Shown here piece after piece: positions 42,501 to 49,496 of a stretch of 64,000 nt of DNA. The stretch is from assembly GCA_965204745.1 (NCBI GenBank), contig OZ242010.1:3520001-3584000 (forward strand), written 5' to 3'. The translations under genes were made by a program, and so were the position numbers. Position 1 is the stretch's first letter. Each line of letters begins with the position of its first letter. The DNA is from Candidatus Latescibacterota bacterium (lineage in GTDB: Bacteria > Latescibacterota > UBA2968). The notes under the pieces were generated by a model. The model was given only the letters and a program-made list of their open reading frames with translations. It did not search any database and had not been told where the DNA came from.

Positions 42501-45500
42501 CTGGGTAGCCCAACGGGTGTGGAGGTGAGTGCGAAGGTGGACACGTTGACCGTGACCTGGAATGCGGTGCCCCTCGCAACCGGGTATAAGGTGCAGTGGA
42601 AATCGGGGTCAGAGACTTATCCCAACGCCGATGTGGCGTCCGCCACGCGCGGGCAAGCCACTATCTCAGGCGGGAGCACCACGACCTACAAAATCTCCAA
42701 TGTGACCGCAGGGACGACCTACACGATTCAAGTCATCGCCACGCACACCACAACGGCCGGCAACAGTGCCCCTTCGGAGGAAGTCATGGTGACCTCGGCG
42801 ACCACCAGGCCCACCAATGTGCGCGTGACGCCGGGGCCGGGCCAACTCCTTGTGGCTTGGACCGAGGCAACCGGCGCGACGGGCTACAAGGTGCAGTGGA
42901 AGTCCGGTGGACAAAGCTACAACACATCTGATCGCCAGACGACGGTCTCTGGGATGAGCACCACGACCTACACGATAGAGAACCTGACTTTTGGCGCGAC
43001 CTACACGGTGCGCGTCACTGCTACCCTGGCAGGTGGGACCGATAGCGATCCCTCGGACGAGGTCACGGGCACGCCCTACGCGATCAATTACGACAGCGAT
43101 GGCGATGGCCTCATCGACATTAAGACGCTGGCACAACTGCATGCCATCCGCTGGGATCTCAACGGCGATGGGATCGTCGCCGATAATGATACCATGAACT
43201 ACAACGCCGCCTTTCCCAGCCGCGACATCACCAGCAACGTCCGGATGGGTTGTCCTTCCGGAACCTGTACCGGCTACGAACTGCTCAACAACCTCAACTT
43301 TGACGAGAATGGCGACGGCGAAATCACCTCAGCAGACGCCACCTACTGGAATGCCAACGCGGGTTGGCAACCCATCGGGACTTACACCGGTACGCTCAAG
43401 GGCAATAACAAGACCATCTCCAACCTGTACATCAACCGTGGCGGTCAGAATGATGTTGGGCTGTTCGTGGATCTCACGGGCACTGTTTCCGGTCTTGGGC
43501 TCCGCAATGTGGATGTCAGAGGCAACCTCGGCGTGGGAGGACTCACCGGCAATCAGAGCGGGGGTGCCATCACGGGTTGTTATGTCACCGGTCGCGTTCG
43601 GGGGTCTGGCAGTTTCGGCTTGGGCGGTCTGGTGGGGCATTCTCATACCGGTGCCAACCGCCGCATCAGTGCCAGCTATTCCGTTGCGGCTGTGACGGCC
43701 TTAGGGAGTGGGGGCAATTTCTGGGTCGGTGGTCTGGTGGGGTGGCAGAACGGCGGGACGATTATCGCGTCCTATGCGACGGGTGCTGTCACGGTTACTG
43801 GGAGCGGCACAAAAGGCGGGTTGGTGGGGCGCCTCGAGAGCAGCGGTGAAGTGACGGCCAGCTATGCGACGGGTCAGGTCACTGGGAACGGCACGAAAGG
43901 CGGGTTGGTGGGTAGCACATCTGGCACAGTGACCAATAGCTACTGGGACAGTGACCGGAGCGGCATTGCCGGGGGCAAGAGCACCAGCGATCTCCAGAGC
44001 CAGACCACCTACGGTGCCACCAATAGCGACACCTACTACAACTGGAACCTAAATGTGGACAGCGATACCAACACGGGCGACGCAGTGGGCAAAGACGATC
44101 CGTGGACCTTTGGCGCGGCGGATCAGTATCCGGTCTTGAAGTATGCCGGCATGGATACCACCGTGCAGTATAACTTGCAACCGCCGGGCATTCCGACCAG
44201 TGTGACCGTGACGCCAAAAGCGGACACCTTGGATGTGCGTTGGCGTGCGCCGAGTAATGCGACGGGGTACAAGGTGCAGTGGAAATCCGGCGATCAGAAC
44301 TACGACGCCTCGCGTGAGGAGACCGTCACGGGGACGCGCTACAAGATCTCCAACTTGCTCGCCGAGACGACCTACACAGTGCGTGTCATTGCCACCAAGA
44401 CCGGTGTGCCCGATAGTTGGCCCTCGGCAGAGCAGACCGGCGTTCTCGCCTTGCTGGGCAGTCCGACTGTGATGGTGGCGGCGAAGGTGGACACGCTGAC
44501 CGTGACATGGAATGCGGTGAACGGGGCGACCGGCTACAAAGTGCAGTGGAAATCCGGGGCAGCGACTTATCCCACCTCCGATCTGGCGTTGGCCACGCAC
44601 GGGCAAGCCACCATCGCTGGCGGGGGCACCGCGACCTACGATATTTCTGGGCTGACCGCAGGGACGACCTACACGATTCGCGTCATCGCCACGAGTACCA
44701 ATATCAATGTAGCCGACAGCACCCCCTCGGAGGAAGTCATGGTGACCTTGGCGACCACCAGGCCCACCAATGTGCGCGTGACGCCGGGGCCGGTCCAACT
44801 CATTGTGGCTTGGACCGAGGCAACCGGCGCGACGGGCTACAAGATACAGTGGAAGTCCGGTGGACAAAGCTACAACACCTCTTCTCGCCAGGAGACGGTC
44901 TCTGGAGGAAGCACCACGACCTACACGATAGAGAACCTGACGATAGGGACGCCCTACACAGTGCGCGTCACTGCTACCCTGGCAGGTGGGACCGATAGCA
45001 CGCCCTCGGACGAGGTCATGGGCACGCCCCCGGGGATCAATTACGACAGCGATGGCGATGGCCTCATCGACATTAAGACGCTGGCACAACTGCATGCCAT
45101 CCGCTGGGATCTCAACGGCGATGGGGTCGTCGCCGATAGTGATACCATGAACTACAACGCCGCCTTTCCCAACCGAGACACCACCAGCAATGTCCGGATG
45201 GGTTGCCCTTCCGGAACCTGTACCGGCTACGAACTGCTCAACAACCTCGACTTTGACGAGAATGGCGACGGCGAAATCACCTCAGCAGACGCCACCTACT
45301 GGAATGCCAACGCGGGTTGGCAACCCCTCGGGACTTACACCGGTACGCTCAAGGGCAATAACAAGACGATCTCCAACCTGTATATCAACCGTGGCGGTCA
45401 GAATGATGTTGGGCTGTTCCGGGATATCACGGGCACTGTTTCCGGTCTTGGGCTCCGCAATGTGGATGTCAGAGGCAACCTCGCCGTGGGAGGACTCACC

Positions 45501-47510
45501 GGCAATCAGCGCGGGGGTGCCATCACGGGTTGTTATGTCACCGGTCGCGTTCGGGGGTCTGGCAGTTTCGGCTTGGGCGGTCTGGTGGGGCATTCTCATA
45601 CCGGTGCCAACCGCCGCATCAGTGCCAGCTATTCCGTTGCGGCTGTGACAGCCTTAGGGAGTGGGGCCAATTTCTGGGTCGGTGGTCTGGTGGGGTGGCA
45701 GAACGGCGGGACGATTATCGCGTCCTATGCGACGGGTGCGGTCACGGTTACTGGGAGCGGCACGAAAGGCGGGTTGGTGGGGCGCCTCGAGAGCAGCGGT
45801 GAAGTGACGGCCAGTTATGCGACGGGTCAGGTCACGGGTGACGGCACGAAAGGCGGGTTGGTGGGTAGCACATCTGGGACAGTGACCAATAGCTACTGGG
45901 ACAGTGACCGGAGCGGCATTGCCGGGGGCAAGACCACCCGCGATCTCCAGAGCCAGACCACCTACGGTGCCACCAACAGCGACACCTACTACAACTGGAA
46001 CCTAAATGTGGACAGCGATACCAACACGGGCGACGCAGTGGGCAAAGACGATCCGTGGACCTTTGGCGCGGCGGATCAGTATCCGGTCTTGAAGTATGCC
46101 GGCATGGACACCACCGTGCAATTTCAACTCCAACCCGCGGTAGTGACGTTGACCCTGACGCCCTCGTCGATCTCGGAAAGCGGCGGGATGAGTACCGTGA
46201 CCGCGACGCTGACACGGTCGTGGAGCACGGCGACGACGATCACGGTGCGCCCTGTGACCGGTGCTTACACGGTGGGGATGGATTCGACGATCACCATCGC
46301 GGCAGGGCAAACCGCGAACGCGTCGGATACGGTGGTCATCACAGCGGTGGACAATACCCGAGACGAGCTTAATCGCGACGTGACTGTGTCCGTTGTGTCA
46401 GACAACACCCAGGGCAGTGTGGTCCGCCCGATCAAGATAACGATCACCGATGATGACCCGCAACCGAGGCTCTCGATCAGTTCGCCGAGTGCGGTTGAGG
46501 GCACTGCCCTGACGTTCACCGTTAGATTGAATGCGGTGAGCGGCAAGGAGGTGACGGTGGCGTATGCAGACGCGGGCACGGGCACCGCGACTTCGGGGAC
46601 GGATTACTCCACACTTACCGCAGGGACCCTGACCTTTGCGGCGGGCACGACCAGCCAGACTATCGCTGTTTCTGTGAGCGACGACGGGGATGATGAGCCG
46701 AACGAGACCGTGATCGTGACGCTGAGCAGTGCGACCAATGCGACCATAAGCACGGCGCAAGGCACAGGGACGATTATCGATGACGATGGCATGCCTGCGC
46801 TGAGTATCGGTTCGCCAAGCGTGATTGAAGGCGCGACCAGCGCGACCCTGACCTTTCAGGTGTACCTACGCCCGGCGCACACGGCACAGGTGACGGTGGC
46901 GTATGCAGACGCGGGCACGGGCACCGCGACTTCGGGGACCGATTACACCGCGCTCGCCGCAGGGACCCTGACCTTCGCGGTAGGCGATACCATCCAGACC
47001 ATCCCTGTTTCTGTGAGCGACGACGGGGATGATGAGCAGAACGAGACCGTGATCGTCGAGTTGAGCAGTGCGACCAATGCGACCATAAGCACGGCGCAAG
47101 GCACAGGGACGATTATCGATGACGAAAGCCCGAGTGCCAACTTGGATGTGGATGGCGATGGCCGGGTGAGATTGTTCTCGGATATAATCCTGGTCATTCG
47201 ATATGTCCTCTTCTTCCGGAACGAGGCCCTCCTCAGAGGGAACGTCATCGAGCCAACTGCCACGCGCACGACCGCTCAAGAAATTGAACCCTACCTCGAC
47301 ACGTTGGTCAATCAGAACATTCTCGATGTGGATGGCGATGGCGATGTGAGGCTGTTCTCGGATATAATTCTGATCATTCGATATGTCCTCTTCTTCCGGA
47401 ACGAGGCCCTCGTCAGAGGGAACGTCATCGAGCAAAATGCTACGCGCACGACCGCTCAAGAAATTGAACCCTACATTCGAAGCCTCTATCCCGACTCCCA
47501 CTTCCAATGA
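30507..47510 (+). CDS. Giant secreted adhesin-like protein (5667 aa): signal peptide, cadherin-like domain, 8 GLUG-type modules, about 23 FN3 domains, Calx-beta domains, 2 dockerin-like repeats
   Basis: ATA-Q signal cleavage site; GGLVG/ASYATG repeats; FN3 W...ATGYKVQWK...L..GTTYTVRV.A; Calx-beta and C-terminal repeats as in 1-1228. Confidence 0.92.
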   Translation: MVLFIFRFLSLPTWIAMLVMPLLVAPATAQTTPSNTDTTLSALTFTPGTLLSTFASDKTTYAFAVQSGATEITVTATPTNSGASVTITPADASATSGHQVDVSSPPVSIRIVVSPAMGTTTLTYTVSAGNFTDYDTDGDNLIELGAGQTGLAQLHAMRWDLNGNGFIDASATTSDTTAYNTAFSNRPPGMGCETTCIGYELTANLNFDENSDNEITATDATYWNSGAGWAPIGSSATKYTGTFHGNDYTISNLFIDRSAASKTGLFGYAEGNTIRNLSLVDANVTGYAETAVLVGEGNNLQLMHIRVTGRVSGSARSAGLVGRLAHGNSTITACRSEVDVTGSNISIGGLVGWSSGTIIASYATGAVSGYFYVGGLVGFHGNTGNPKAVIRASYATGVVSGDTDTGGLVGANFYSSTITGSYAIGPVSANSRVGGLVGLNSNSSITHSYYDRTTTRRGDTGRGAPQTTAELQGPTGYTTGSIYANWNLNLDGQPGGDDPWTFGKTDQYPVLKYAGMDTTAQYNLQPPGIPTSVTVTQKADTLDVRWRAASYATGYKVQWKASDQNYAVSREETVTGTRYKIANLIGGTTYTVRVIATKTGTRDGMPSAEQTGVPVLLGSPTVMVAAKVDTLTVTWNVVNGATGYKVQWKSGSETYPAADEESATRGQATIAGGGTTIHKISGLTAGTTYTIRVIATNTSINVADSAPSEEVMVTLATTKPTNVRVTPGHLQLIVRWTEATGATGYKIQWRSGQQTYNTSDRQETVSGGSTTTYTIENLTFGTTYTVRVTATLAGGADSTPSDEVMGTPQGIDYDGDGDGLIDIETLAQLHAIRWDLNGDGVVADNDTMTYNAAFPNRDTTSNVRMGCPSGTCTGYELLNNLDFDENGDGEITSADATYWDNGAGWLPIGTAAARYTGDFKGNGYTIDNLTINRPAVVEVGLFGNADTASRIESVGVTNASVAGGEYAGALVGALRGEVVACYSTGNVSATTRTAGGLVGWTPNAITSSYSTASVSGPEHVGGLLGASQGGTVTNSYSIGTVIGTGSSPLVGGLIGSGTGGTASYWDTQTSGCTSGGSNGCTTSAGGGGVTGQTTSALQSPTDYTLIFSTWNANLDGQAGDDDPWTFGAADQYPVLKYAGMDTTVQYNLQPPGIPTSVTVTPKADTLDVRWTAASYATGYKVQWKSGDQSYAASRQGTVTGTRYKISNLISGTYTVRVIATKTGAPDGMPSAEQTSEPLLVSPTVMVAAKVDTLTVTWNAVDDATGYKVQWKSGSETYPAADEQSATRGQATIAGGGTTIHKISGLTTGTTYTIRVIATSTNSNVADSAPSEEVMGTLATTRPTNVRVTPGPVQLIVTWTEATGATGYKIQWKSGQQAYNTSSRQETVSGGSTTTYTIENLTFGTTYTVRVTATLSGGADSTPSDEVMGTPQGINYDSDGDGLIDIKTLAQLHAIRWDLNGDGVVADNDTMNYNAAFPGRDITSNGRMGCPSGTCTGYELLNNLDFDENGDDQITSADATYWDNGAGWLPIGTDAARYTGDFKGNGYTIDNLTINRPSVVEVGLFGNADTASRIESVGVTNASVAGGEYAGALVGALRGTVVACYSTGNVSATTRTAGGLVGWTPNAITSSYSTASVSGPEHVGGLLGASQGGTVTNSYSTGVVTRSSGTLTTIGGLIGSGTGGTASYWDTQTSGCTSGGSNGCTTSAGGGGVTGQTTSALQSPTGYTLIFSTWNANLDGQAGDDDPWTFGAADQYPVLKYAGMDTTVQYNLQPPGIPTSVTVTPKADTLDVRWTAASYATGYKVQWKAGAQSYAASRQGIVTGTRYKIPNLLAETTYTVRVIATKTGAPDGMPSAEQTGVPALLGSPAVVVAAKVDTLTVTWNVVNGATGYKVQWKSGAATYPTSDLALATHGQATIAGGSTTIHKISGLTAGTTYTIRVIATSTNINVADSAPSEEVMGTLATTRPTNVRVTPGPGQLIVAWTEATGATGYKVQWKSGQQAYNTSDRQATVSGGSTTTYTIENLTFGTTYTVRVTATLAGGADSTPSDEVMGTPQRINYDRDGDGLIDIKTLAQLHAIRWDLNGDGVVADNDTMNYNAAFPDRDTTSNVRMGCPSGTCTGYELLNNLDFDENGDGEITSADATYWNANAGWQPLGTYTGTLKGNNKTISNLYINRGGQNDVGLFRDITGTVSGLGLRNVDVRGNLAVGGLTGNQRGGAITGCYVTGRVRGSGSYGLGGLVGHSHTGANRRISASYSVAAVTALGSGGNFWVGGLVGWQNGGTIIASYATGAVTVTGSGTKGGLVGRLESSGEVTASYATGQVTGDGTKGGLVGSTSGTVTNSYWDSDQSGIAGGKSTSDLQSPSTYGATNSDTYYNWNLNVDSDTNTGDAVGRDDPWTFGAADQYPVLKYAGMDTAVQYNLQPPGIPTSVTVTPKADTLDVRWRAASNATGYKVQWKAGDQNYAASREETVTGTRYKIANLIAGTYTVRVIATKTGAPDSRPSAEQTGVPALLGSPTVMVAAKADTLTVTWNAVSNATGYKVQWKSGSATYPNADEESATHGQATIAGGGTTIHKISGLTAGMTYTIRVIATSTNVNIPDSDPSEEVMVTAATNKPTNVRVTPGSGQLIVRWTEATGATGYKVQWKSGGQSYNTSDRQTTVSGMSTTTYTIENLTFGTTYTVRVIATLAGGTDSTPSDEVTGTITDISYDSDGDGLIDIETLAQLHAIRWDLNGDGIVADTDTMNYNAAFPGRDITSNGRMGCPSGTCIGYELLNNLDFDTDGSGSVTSADTYPNWSPIGGTYSTTFKGNNKTISNLHINRGGQNDVGLFSRVSGNISGLGLKNVNVTGQRRVGGLVGNQVGGRILGCFVTGRVEGTHHEVGGLVGYSTGNNTVIAASYANAVVSGGHVRVAVGGLVGNLNATVIASYAIGPVSGFRRVGGLVGRLGVSPSPVSTSYATGTVTGQRHDSSHLGGLIGSAQSGVSHSYWDRESSGISSSSGGTSQTTSALRSETDYNGIYANWNVDVDGRPGNDAPWTFGAADQYPVLKYAGMDTTAQFAMQPPGIPTNVTVTPKADTLDVRWRAPSNATGYKVQWKSGAQNYDASREETVTGTRYKIANLLTGTTYTVRVIATKTGVRDGRPSAEQTGVPLLGSPTGVEVNAKVDTLTVTWNAVNGVTGYKVQWKSGSETYPAADEESATHGQATITDGGTTTYDISGLTAGTTYTIRVIATRTNVADSAPSEEVTGVPLLGSPTVMVAAKVDTLTVTWNAVSNATGYKVQWKSGAATYPTSDLALATHGQATIAGGSTTIHKISGLTTGTTYTIRVIATRTNVADSAPSDAVMVTLATTRPTNVRVTPGPAQLIVAWTEATGATGYKIQWKSGGQSYNTSDRQTTVSGMSTTTYTIENLTFGATYTVRVTATLAGGTDSTPSDEVMGTPYAINYDSDGDGLIDIKTLAQLHAIRWDLNGDGVVADNDTMNYNAAFPDRDTTSNVRMGCPSGTCTGYELLNNLDFDENGDGEITSADATYWNGSTGWQPIGTYTGTLKGNNKTISNLYINRGGQNDVGLFRDLTGTVSGLGLRNVDVRGNLAVGGLTGNQSGGAITGCYVTGRVRGSGSYGLGGLVGHSHTGANRRISASYSDADVTALGSGANFWVGGLVGWQNGGTIIASYATGAVTVTGNGTKGGLVGRLESSGEVTASYATGQVTGDGTKGGLVGSTAGTVTNSYWDSDRSGIAGGKSTSDLQSQTTYGATNSDTYYNWNLNVDSDTNTGDAVGNDDPWTFGAADQYPVLKYAGMDTTAQYNLQPPGRPTSVTVTVQMDTLDVRWRAASYATGYKVQWKSGAQNYDASREETVTGTRYKIPNLIGGTTYTVRVIATKTGAPDGRPSAEQTGVPLLGSPTGVEVNAKVDTLTVTWNAVNGATGYKVQWKSGAQTYPAADEESATHGQATITDGGTTTYKISGLTTGTTYAIRVIATRTNVADSAPSEEVITILMLGSPTGVEVSAKVDTLTVTWNAVPLATGYKVQWKSGSETYPNADVASATRGQATISGGSTTTYKISNVTAGTTYTIQVIATHTTTAGNSAPSEEVMVTSATTRPTNVRVTPGPGQLLVAWTEATGATGYKVQWKSGGQSYNTSDRQTTVSGMSTTTYTIENLTFGATYTVRVTATLAGGTDSDPSDEVTGTPYAINYDSDGDGLIDIKTLAQLHAIRWDLNGDGIVADNDTMNYNAAFPSRDITSNVRMGCPSGTCTGYELLNNLNFDENGDGEITSADATYWNANAGWQPIGTYTGTLKGNNKTISNLYINRGGQNDVGLFVDLTGTVSGLGLRNVDVRGNLGVGGLTGNQSGGAITGCYVTGRVRGSGSFGLGGLVGHSHTGANRRISASYSVAAVTALGSGGNFWVGGLVGWQNGGTIIASYATGAVTVTGSGTKGGLVGRLESSGEVTASYATGQVTGNGTKGGLVGSTSGTVTNSYWDSDRSGIAGGKSTSDLQSQTTYGATNSDTYYNWNLNVDSDTNTGDAVGKDDPWTFGAADQYPVLKYAGMDTTVQYNLQPPGIPTSVTVTPKADTLDVRWRAPSNATGYKVQWKSGDQNYDASREETVTGTRYKISNLLAETTYTVRVIATKTGVPDSWPSAEQTGVLALLGSPTVMVAAKVDTLTVTWNAVNGATGYKVQWKSGAATYPTSDLALATHGQATIAGGGTATYDISGLTAGTTYTIRVIATSTNINVADSTPSEEVMVTLATTRPTNVRVTPGPVQLIVAWTEATGATGYKIQWKSGGQSYNTSSRQETVSGGSTTTYTIENLTIGTPYTVRVTATLAGGTDSTPSDEVMGTPPGINYDSDGDGLIDIKTLAQLHAIRWDLNGDGVVADSDTMNYNAAFPNRDTTSNVRMGCPSGTCTGYELLNNLDFDENGDGEITSADATYWNANAGWQPLGTYTGTLKGNNKTISNLYINRGGQNDVGLFRDITGTVSGLGLRNVDVRGNLAVGGLTGNQRGGAITGCYVTGRVRGSGSFGLGGLVGHSHTGANRRISASYSVAAVTALGSGANFWVGGLVGWQNGGTIIASYATGAVTVTGSGTKGGLVGRLESSGEVTASYATGQVTGDGTKGGLVGSTSGTVTNSYWDSDRSGIAGGKTTRDLQSQTTYGATNSDTYYNWNLNVDSDTNTGDAVGKDDPWTFGAADQYPVLKYAGMDTTVQFQLQPAVVTLTLTPSSISESGGMSTVTATLTRSWSTATTITVRPVTGAYTVGMDSTITIAAGQTANASDTVVITAVDNTRDELNRDVTVSVVSDNTQGSVVRPIKITITDDDPQPRLSISSPSAVEGTALTFTVRLNAVSGKEVTVAYADAGTGTATSGTDYSTLTAGTLTFAAGTTSQTIAVSVSDDGDDEPNETVIVTLSSATNATISTAQGTGTIIDDDGMPALSIGSPSVIEGATSATLTFQVYLRPAHTAQVTVAYADAGTGTATSGTDYTALAAGTLTFAVGDTIQTIPVSVSDDGDDEQNETVIVELSSATNATISTAQGTGTIIDDESPSANLDVDGDGRVRLFSDIILVIRYVLFFRNEALLRGNVIEPTATRTTAQEIEPYLDTLVNQNILDVDGDGDVRLFSDIILIIRYVLFFRNEALVRGNVIEQNATRTTAQEIEPYIRSLYPDSHFQ

Positions 47511-47909
47511 AAGCCTGTTCCCTGACCGCCACAGATGAAGATGGCGATGAGAACACCCTGAGTTTCTTCCTCACCGTCAGCGCGAATCTGATGCTGTCCT
47601 GGGGATTTTAGCCACGAGCGGGGTACAACTGGCGACAGCCAATTCAAAGACGCAAAAGGTGAGCAATGTGTGCAGGGGCGATGCCCCCGTGCTCGCCCAA
47701 AGATGCAAGATGTAGCGGTCAGTAGTCAGTGGTCAGTGGTCAGTCCCCGCCCATCGCCGCCCAAAGGCGGTTCGCAGATAATGCAGAAGACGCAGATGTA
47801 GAGGCGATGCCCCGTGCTTGAAGATACAAGAAGTAAGACGCGAGACATCCGCCCATCGTCATTTTGTAATAATTGTTTAATTGTTTTCCATTAAACTGGT
47901 AATTTTTCC

Positions 47910-47938
47910 TTGACACCTGTTCTTTTGTTTAGTATTAT
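47910..47938 (+). promoter_or_regulatory. Sigma70 promoter
   Basis: TTGACA-17 nt-TATTAT with an AT-rich upstream region. Confidence 0.75.
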
Positions 47939-47980
47939 TGCATCGAGCATTGAAACGCACTTTTCGACAGGAGGTATCCC

Positions 47981-48277
47981 ATGGCGAGCATGATGCTTCA
48001 AAACGAGCACGGAATTGAGGAAATTCAGTTGTCCGATTTGAGTCGGGATTTGCTCAAAGTTGCTGACCGCATTCAGGCCGAGATGCCGCAAGTGCCTTTT
48101 GACGCCATTCGCCCCGAAGCGATGGCGCGAGTCGAAGCCGCTGAACGGGCTGTCGATACGCTTGCCCGAGATTTGAGCCAAGGGCAGGGGGAACTCATCG
48201 AGTGGCACGGCGCGCTCACGGCTTACGAATCGGCGTGGTTCCAAGTCATTGAGTCTTTGGGTGCTCGCAACAATTAA
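47981..48277 (+). CDS. Acidic alpha-helical hypothetical protein (98 aa)
   Basis: AGGAGGT RBS directly after the promoter; no recognised family. Confidence 0.75.
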   Translation: MASMMLQNEHGIEEIQLSDLSRDLLKVADRIQAEMPQVPFDAIRPEAMARVEAAERAVDTLARDLSQGQGELIEWHGALTAYESAWFQVIESLGARNN

Positions 48278-48360
48278 ATCGCAACGCACACAGACACATC
48301 TGTCGTCGGCGAAAGGCCCGTTGTGTCGCCGATTTTTACAAAACAATTCAGCGAGGAGAG

Positions 48361-49077
48361 ATGATCATGGCCAATCCCATTGACCGCGTGTCCGAAAGGG
48401 CAAAGCAGATCGCGGAATCCGAAGGTTTTCCCATCGAGAAGATCGATGAGTTCGTGGTGTTCATCCAAAATGAGTCCTACATCACGTCCACGGGCTTGCA
48501 ATACAAAATGTTGCAAACCTACAAGGCAGGCAAATTCGCCGTGCAAGCCGTGATGCCGTCAAAAGAAGAATACGGCCTTTTGCGCCGAATGATGGGGTTG
48601 AAAGACGAAGAGCCTCTGGTGGTCATGCGCGGCGAGGTGTGGGTCGATGGCCTCGACCGGCCCTTTGTGGATTACGGCACCACCACGCCCAAAAATCTCA
48701 AGGGGTTTATCCGATTTTCCGATTATCCGCTCGAAATGGCGACCCGCCGCGCCACCAACCGGGCAATGCGCTTGGCAACCGCGACCGGGATGTGTTCCGT
48801 CGATGAGATACCGAACACCCCCCCAAACAGTTCCGTGGGAGACATGCGCGATGCATGCGCCGAGAGGGCGTCACGTAGTGATCAAGCGACTCAAGGGCAG
48901 ATCGATTTGATCAAAAATTTGGGGCGAAGCCCGTTGCTGTCCAACAAAGAGCGCGAACATTTGGAAACCCAGATCCACGGCGGGTTGGGCAAACGCCAAG
49001 CATCCAAATTGATCGACAAAATAAAAGTGAGGTTAGACACGCGGCGAAAAGCCGAAGCACAACCCATTGCCGCCTAA
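48361..49077 (+). CDS. Putative ssDNA-annealing protein (Red-beta/RecT/Rad52 superfamily-like)
   Basis: GAGGAG RBS; YITSTGL, DYGTTTPKN, EMATRRATNRAMRLATATGMCSVDEI; C-terminal ATQGQIDLI..LGKRQASKLIDK domain. The ORF is firm, the family call is less so. Confidence 0.6.
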   Translation: MIMANPIDRVSERAKQIAESEGFPIEKIDEFVVFIQNESYITSTGLQYKMLQTYKAGKFAVQAVMPSKEEYGLLRRMMGLKDEEPLVVMRGEVWVDGLDRPFVDYGTTTPKNLKGFIRFSDYPLEMATRRATNRAMRLATATGMCSVDEIPNTPPNSSVGDMRDACAERASRSDQATQGQIDLIKNLGRSPLLSNKEREHLETQIHGGLGKRQASKLIDKIKVRLDTRRKAEAQPIAA

Positions 49078-49159
49078 TGCAACCGAGTCTCGCGCCGGTT
49101 GTAGCGCGTTCTTTCGTCAGGGGAGAAGGGAAAGACCGAGCGCGCAACCGGCCAATCAG

Positions 49160-49197
49160 AAACGGAGATTCCTTTTGGAATCTCCGTTTGCTTTTTT
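49160..49197 (+). terminator. Intrinsic terminator
   Basis: AAACGGAGATTCC-tttt-GGAATCTCCGTTT followed by a T-run. Confidence 0.8.
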
Positions 49198-49496
49198 CGA
49201 TCTTAATCCCGGAGCGGGGTATCAAAGGCGAGTAGCGTGTAGGAGCGATTCTCCCCGCCCCGACGCTTCAGCACGGGGTGATCTGACAAGTCAATGGCTT
49301 GTGTTTTCCATTGCTTTTGTGTATCATGCAGATTGAACACGGGCAACCAAAACGAGGGGGCTTGTTGTGAAATGGATGATACTCGGGCTTTTGGATATGT
49401 CCCGCTCTGAACTAAAAAACATGGAAATTGAGGTCGATACCGCAAGCGCGACCACAACGCTTGCGATTCAATTCCGATTCAATAAGGAGCAATGCA

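Noticed and set aside
46283-47549. Diversity-generating retroelement TR/VR pair with 1-1267
   Set aside because: The differences I compared are not adenine-specific, both copies are coding, and no reverse transcriptase is in the window.
47916-47932. LexA-like operator (TGTTC..) in the promoter spacer
   Set aside because: Only a half-site; no convincing palindrome or known direct-repeat spacing.
47981-49077. Prophage remnant
   Set aside because: No integrase, structural, replication or exonuclease genes nearby.
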